A DNA stretch of 64,000 bases from Marsupella aquatica (lineage: Eukaryota > Plantae > Marchantiophyta), in the NCBI GenBank assembly GCA_973895155.1, contig OZ316897.1, positions 14,631,375 through 14,695,374 on the forward strand, in the 5' to 3' direction. Under the pieces are notes generated by a model. It ran no database searches and had not been told where the DNA came from. It was given only the letters and a program-made list of their open reading frames with translations. A program made the position numbers and the translations under genes. Every line of letters begins with the position of its first letter. The first letter of the stretch is position 1. This document shows, piece by piece, positions 62,181 through 64,000 of the stretch.

Positions 62181-64000
62181 TAAGGGGGGCTTTACAAGAT
62201 GGTGGGGGCCATTCAACTCTCTCCATCCAGAGCAAAGCTAATCGCCATTTCCTTTCACAAAAGTTAAAATGCATGAGCCAAAATATGTCAGGTTTGGGTC
62301 GACCCCCACTCCAGGTACCTCGGACCCGAAGGCAACATTCTACCTAGCATGTCGACGGCTTCGTCGGGAATACAAGAACATCCAATCAAAGAAATCAGAG
62401 AAGCAGTATAACACCGGGGAACTCAGACACCGTGTGCAAACATTGCGTACACGTTCCGATGCATCTAGTATAGGTAACTCCCTTTCGGAGCTCCGTGAAG
62501 CAGAAACATTGTTGCGAGACTCTGAATTCCTAGAAGCAATAGAAATTCGCAGGAAATCTCGGATTCGCTGGCTGGGACTTGGAGATGCCTCTACTAGATT
62601 TTTCTTTAACATTGTCCGGGTTCAACAACAGCGAGCTGCTATCCCTTCCCTTAAACTAGCAGACGGTTCTCTCTCTTCGGATCTGGACCATATTCTGATC
62701 GAGGTAGGAAATTTCTACCGCTCCTTATACTCCCCAGACGCTCCGGAATCGGCTCAGAATGCTGCAGCCCGGCAACAGATACTTCAATTCTCCTCCTCAC
62801 GTATATCAGAATCAGAATCCCTCACCATGGACTCGATCCCGACCATGTCTGAGCTTCTTTTGGCTGCCCAGAAGCTACAGAAAAATAAAGCGCCCGGTAT
62901 TGATGGGCTCACAATTGAGGTATTTCTTCGCTGCTGGGAATTTATTGCTCCGGTCTTTCTTGCCATGCTGGTCTCGTTCTGGAATGATGGGATAATGCTC
63001 CCAGGTTTTTTGGAAGGCGTTATTAAGTTGGTCCCTAAATCAACAGATAAAACTATGTTGTCTAATTGGAGACCGATTACTCTTTTGAACATAGCATACA
63101 AAATAATAGCCAAGCTCATCGCTATCCGTCTAGGCCGGCTTCTCCCTAAAATGGTTAATGCGCAGCAAACCGGATTTGTCCCAGGTCGACAAATTCTAGA
63201 TAATATTTCCATTGCTTGGTTAGCAACTGACTGGCTAAAAACAAACAACACTCCTGCTCTTTTTTCTTAAGATGGATTTCTCGAAGGCGTTTGACCGCGT
63301 CGACCACAGGTACATCAGAGAAACTCTTGGTGCCTCTGGATTCAGTCCAATGCTTATCCGTATCATTATGAGTTTGATGACTAATGCATTGGCTAAGATT
63401 CACGTGAACGGACAATTCACTGATCCGATCCCTCTTCTCCGTGGGGTCCGGCAGGGATGTCCCCTGGCCCCTCTGGTGTACGCACTCTCAACCCAGCCCC
63501 TCATGGATTTTTTTGATGAGGCTCTCAAGCATGGAGAAGTACATGGTATAAAAATAAATCAGGAACTCACTCTTTTCCACCGATTCTTTGCAGATGATCT
63601 AGGGGTATTCACCCCGGCCCTTGAGTCGTGCTTTCTAGAAATACAAAACAAACTGGAGCTATACGAACTTGCTGCAGGGGCCCGTCTGAATCTTGAAAAA
63701 TCAGAAGCGATCATTTTTGGACTCGATAATCCTCCACAATGGCTAATCAACTCTAAAATGGTTATTATTCCTCCAGGACAGATCTCTAGCTACCTCGGTG
63801 CCCCCTTCGGTCATAATCTCTCTCGATCTCAGGTCCAGGAGTTTTGCATGAAAAAACTAAATAAGCGACTTTCGACCTGGTCTAATAAAAGATTCTCCTT
63901 CACAGGACGTGTGCTTTTGATTAAATAGATACTACTTTCAATGACAGTATACCATATGATGTATTCTCGGTTTGATAGTAGTCTCACTAATTTGATTCGG
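62181..64000 (+). mobile_element. LINE (L1-clade) ORF2 reverse-transcriptase region, frameshifted, runs off the window
   Basis: GDASTRFF, KAPGIDG, NWRPITLLN, QTGFVPGRQI | DFSKAFDRV, GVRQGCPLAP, FADD, YLG. Frameshift at ~63270 and stop at 63926-63928. Confidence 0.93.

Overview
Nuclear DNA from a land plant that probably has flagellated sperm (bryophyte, lycophyte or fern type). This is inferred from a TCTEX1D2 dynein light-chain gene and from a snoRNA guide that matches the non-angiosperm form of 18S rRNA. Six intact protein genes can be reconstructed. Five have GT-AG introns in the CDS: a B12D/NDUFA4-like mitochondrial protein (+), diphosphomevalonate decarboxylase (-), TCTEX1D2 (+), SAM50 (-) and sucrose-phosphate phosphatase (+). 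The sixth, a nepenthesin-like aspartic protease (-), has a single coding exon. Between the genes lie two Ty1/copia elements (one full length with TSD), two solo LTRs, LINE and Gypsy remnants, MITEs, a long-TIR Mutator-like foldback element next to the SPP promoter, and two decayed SPP fragments. The most unusual feature is invisible to the ORF track. At about 7.45-9.66 kb, just downstream of B12D, is a tandem array of 9-10 paralogous box C/D snoRNAs sharing an 18S rRNA guide (AATCTGTCAATCCT-CTGA). Intact and decayed copies alternate, and a longer orphan C/D-like RNA follows. The guide variants are also complementary to repeated motifs in intron 1 of the neighbouring B12D gene. All coordinates were read by eye and no database search was run.
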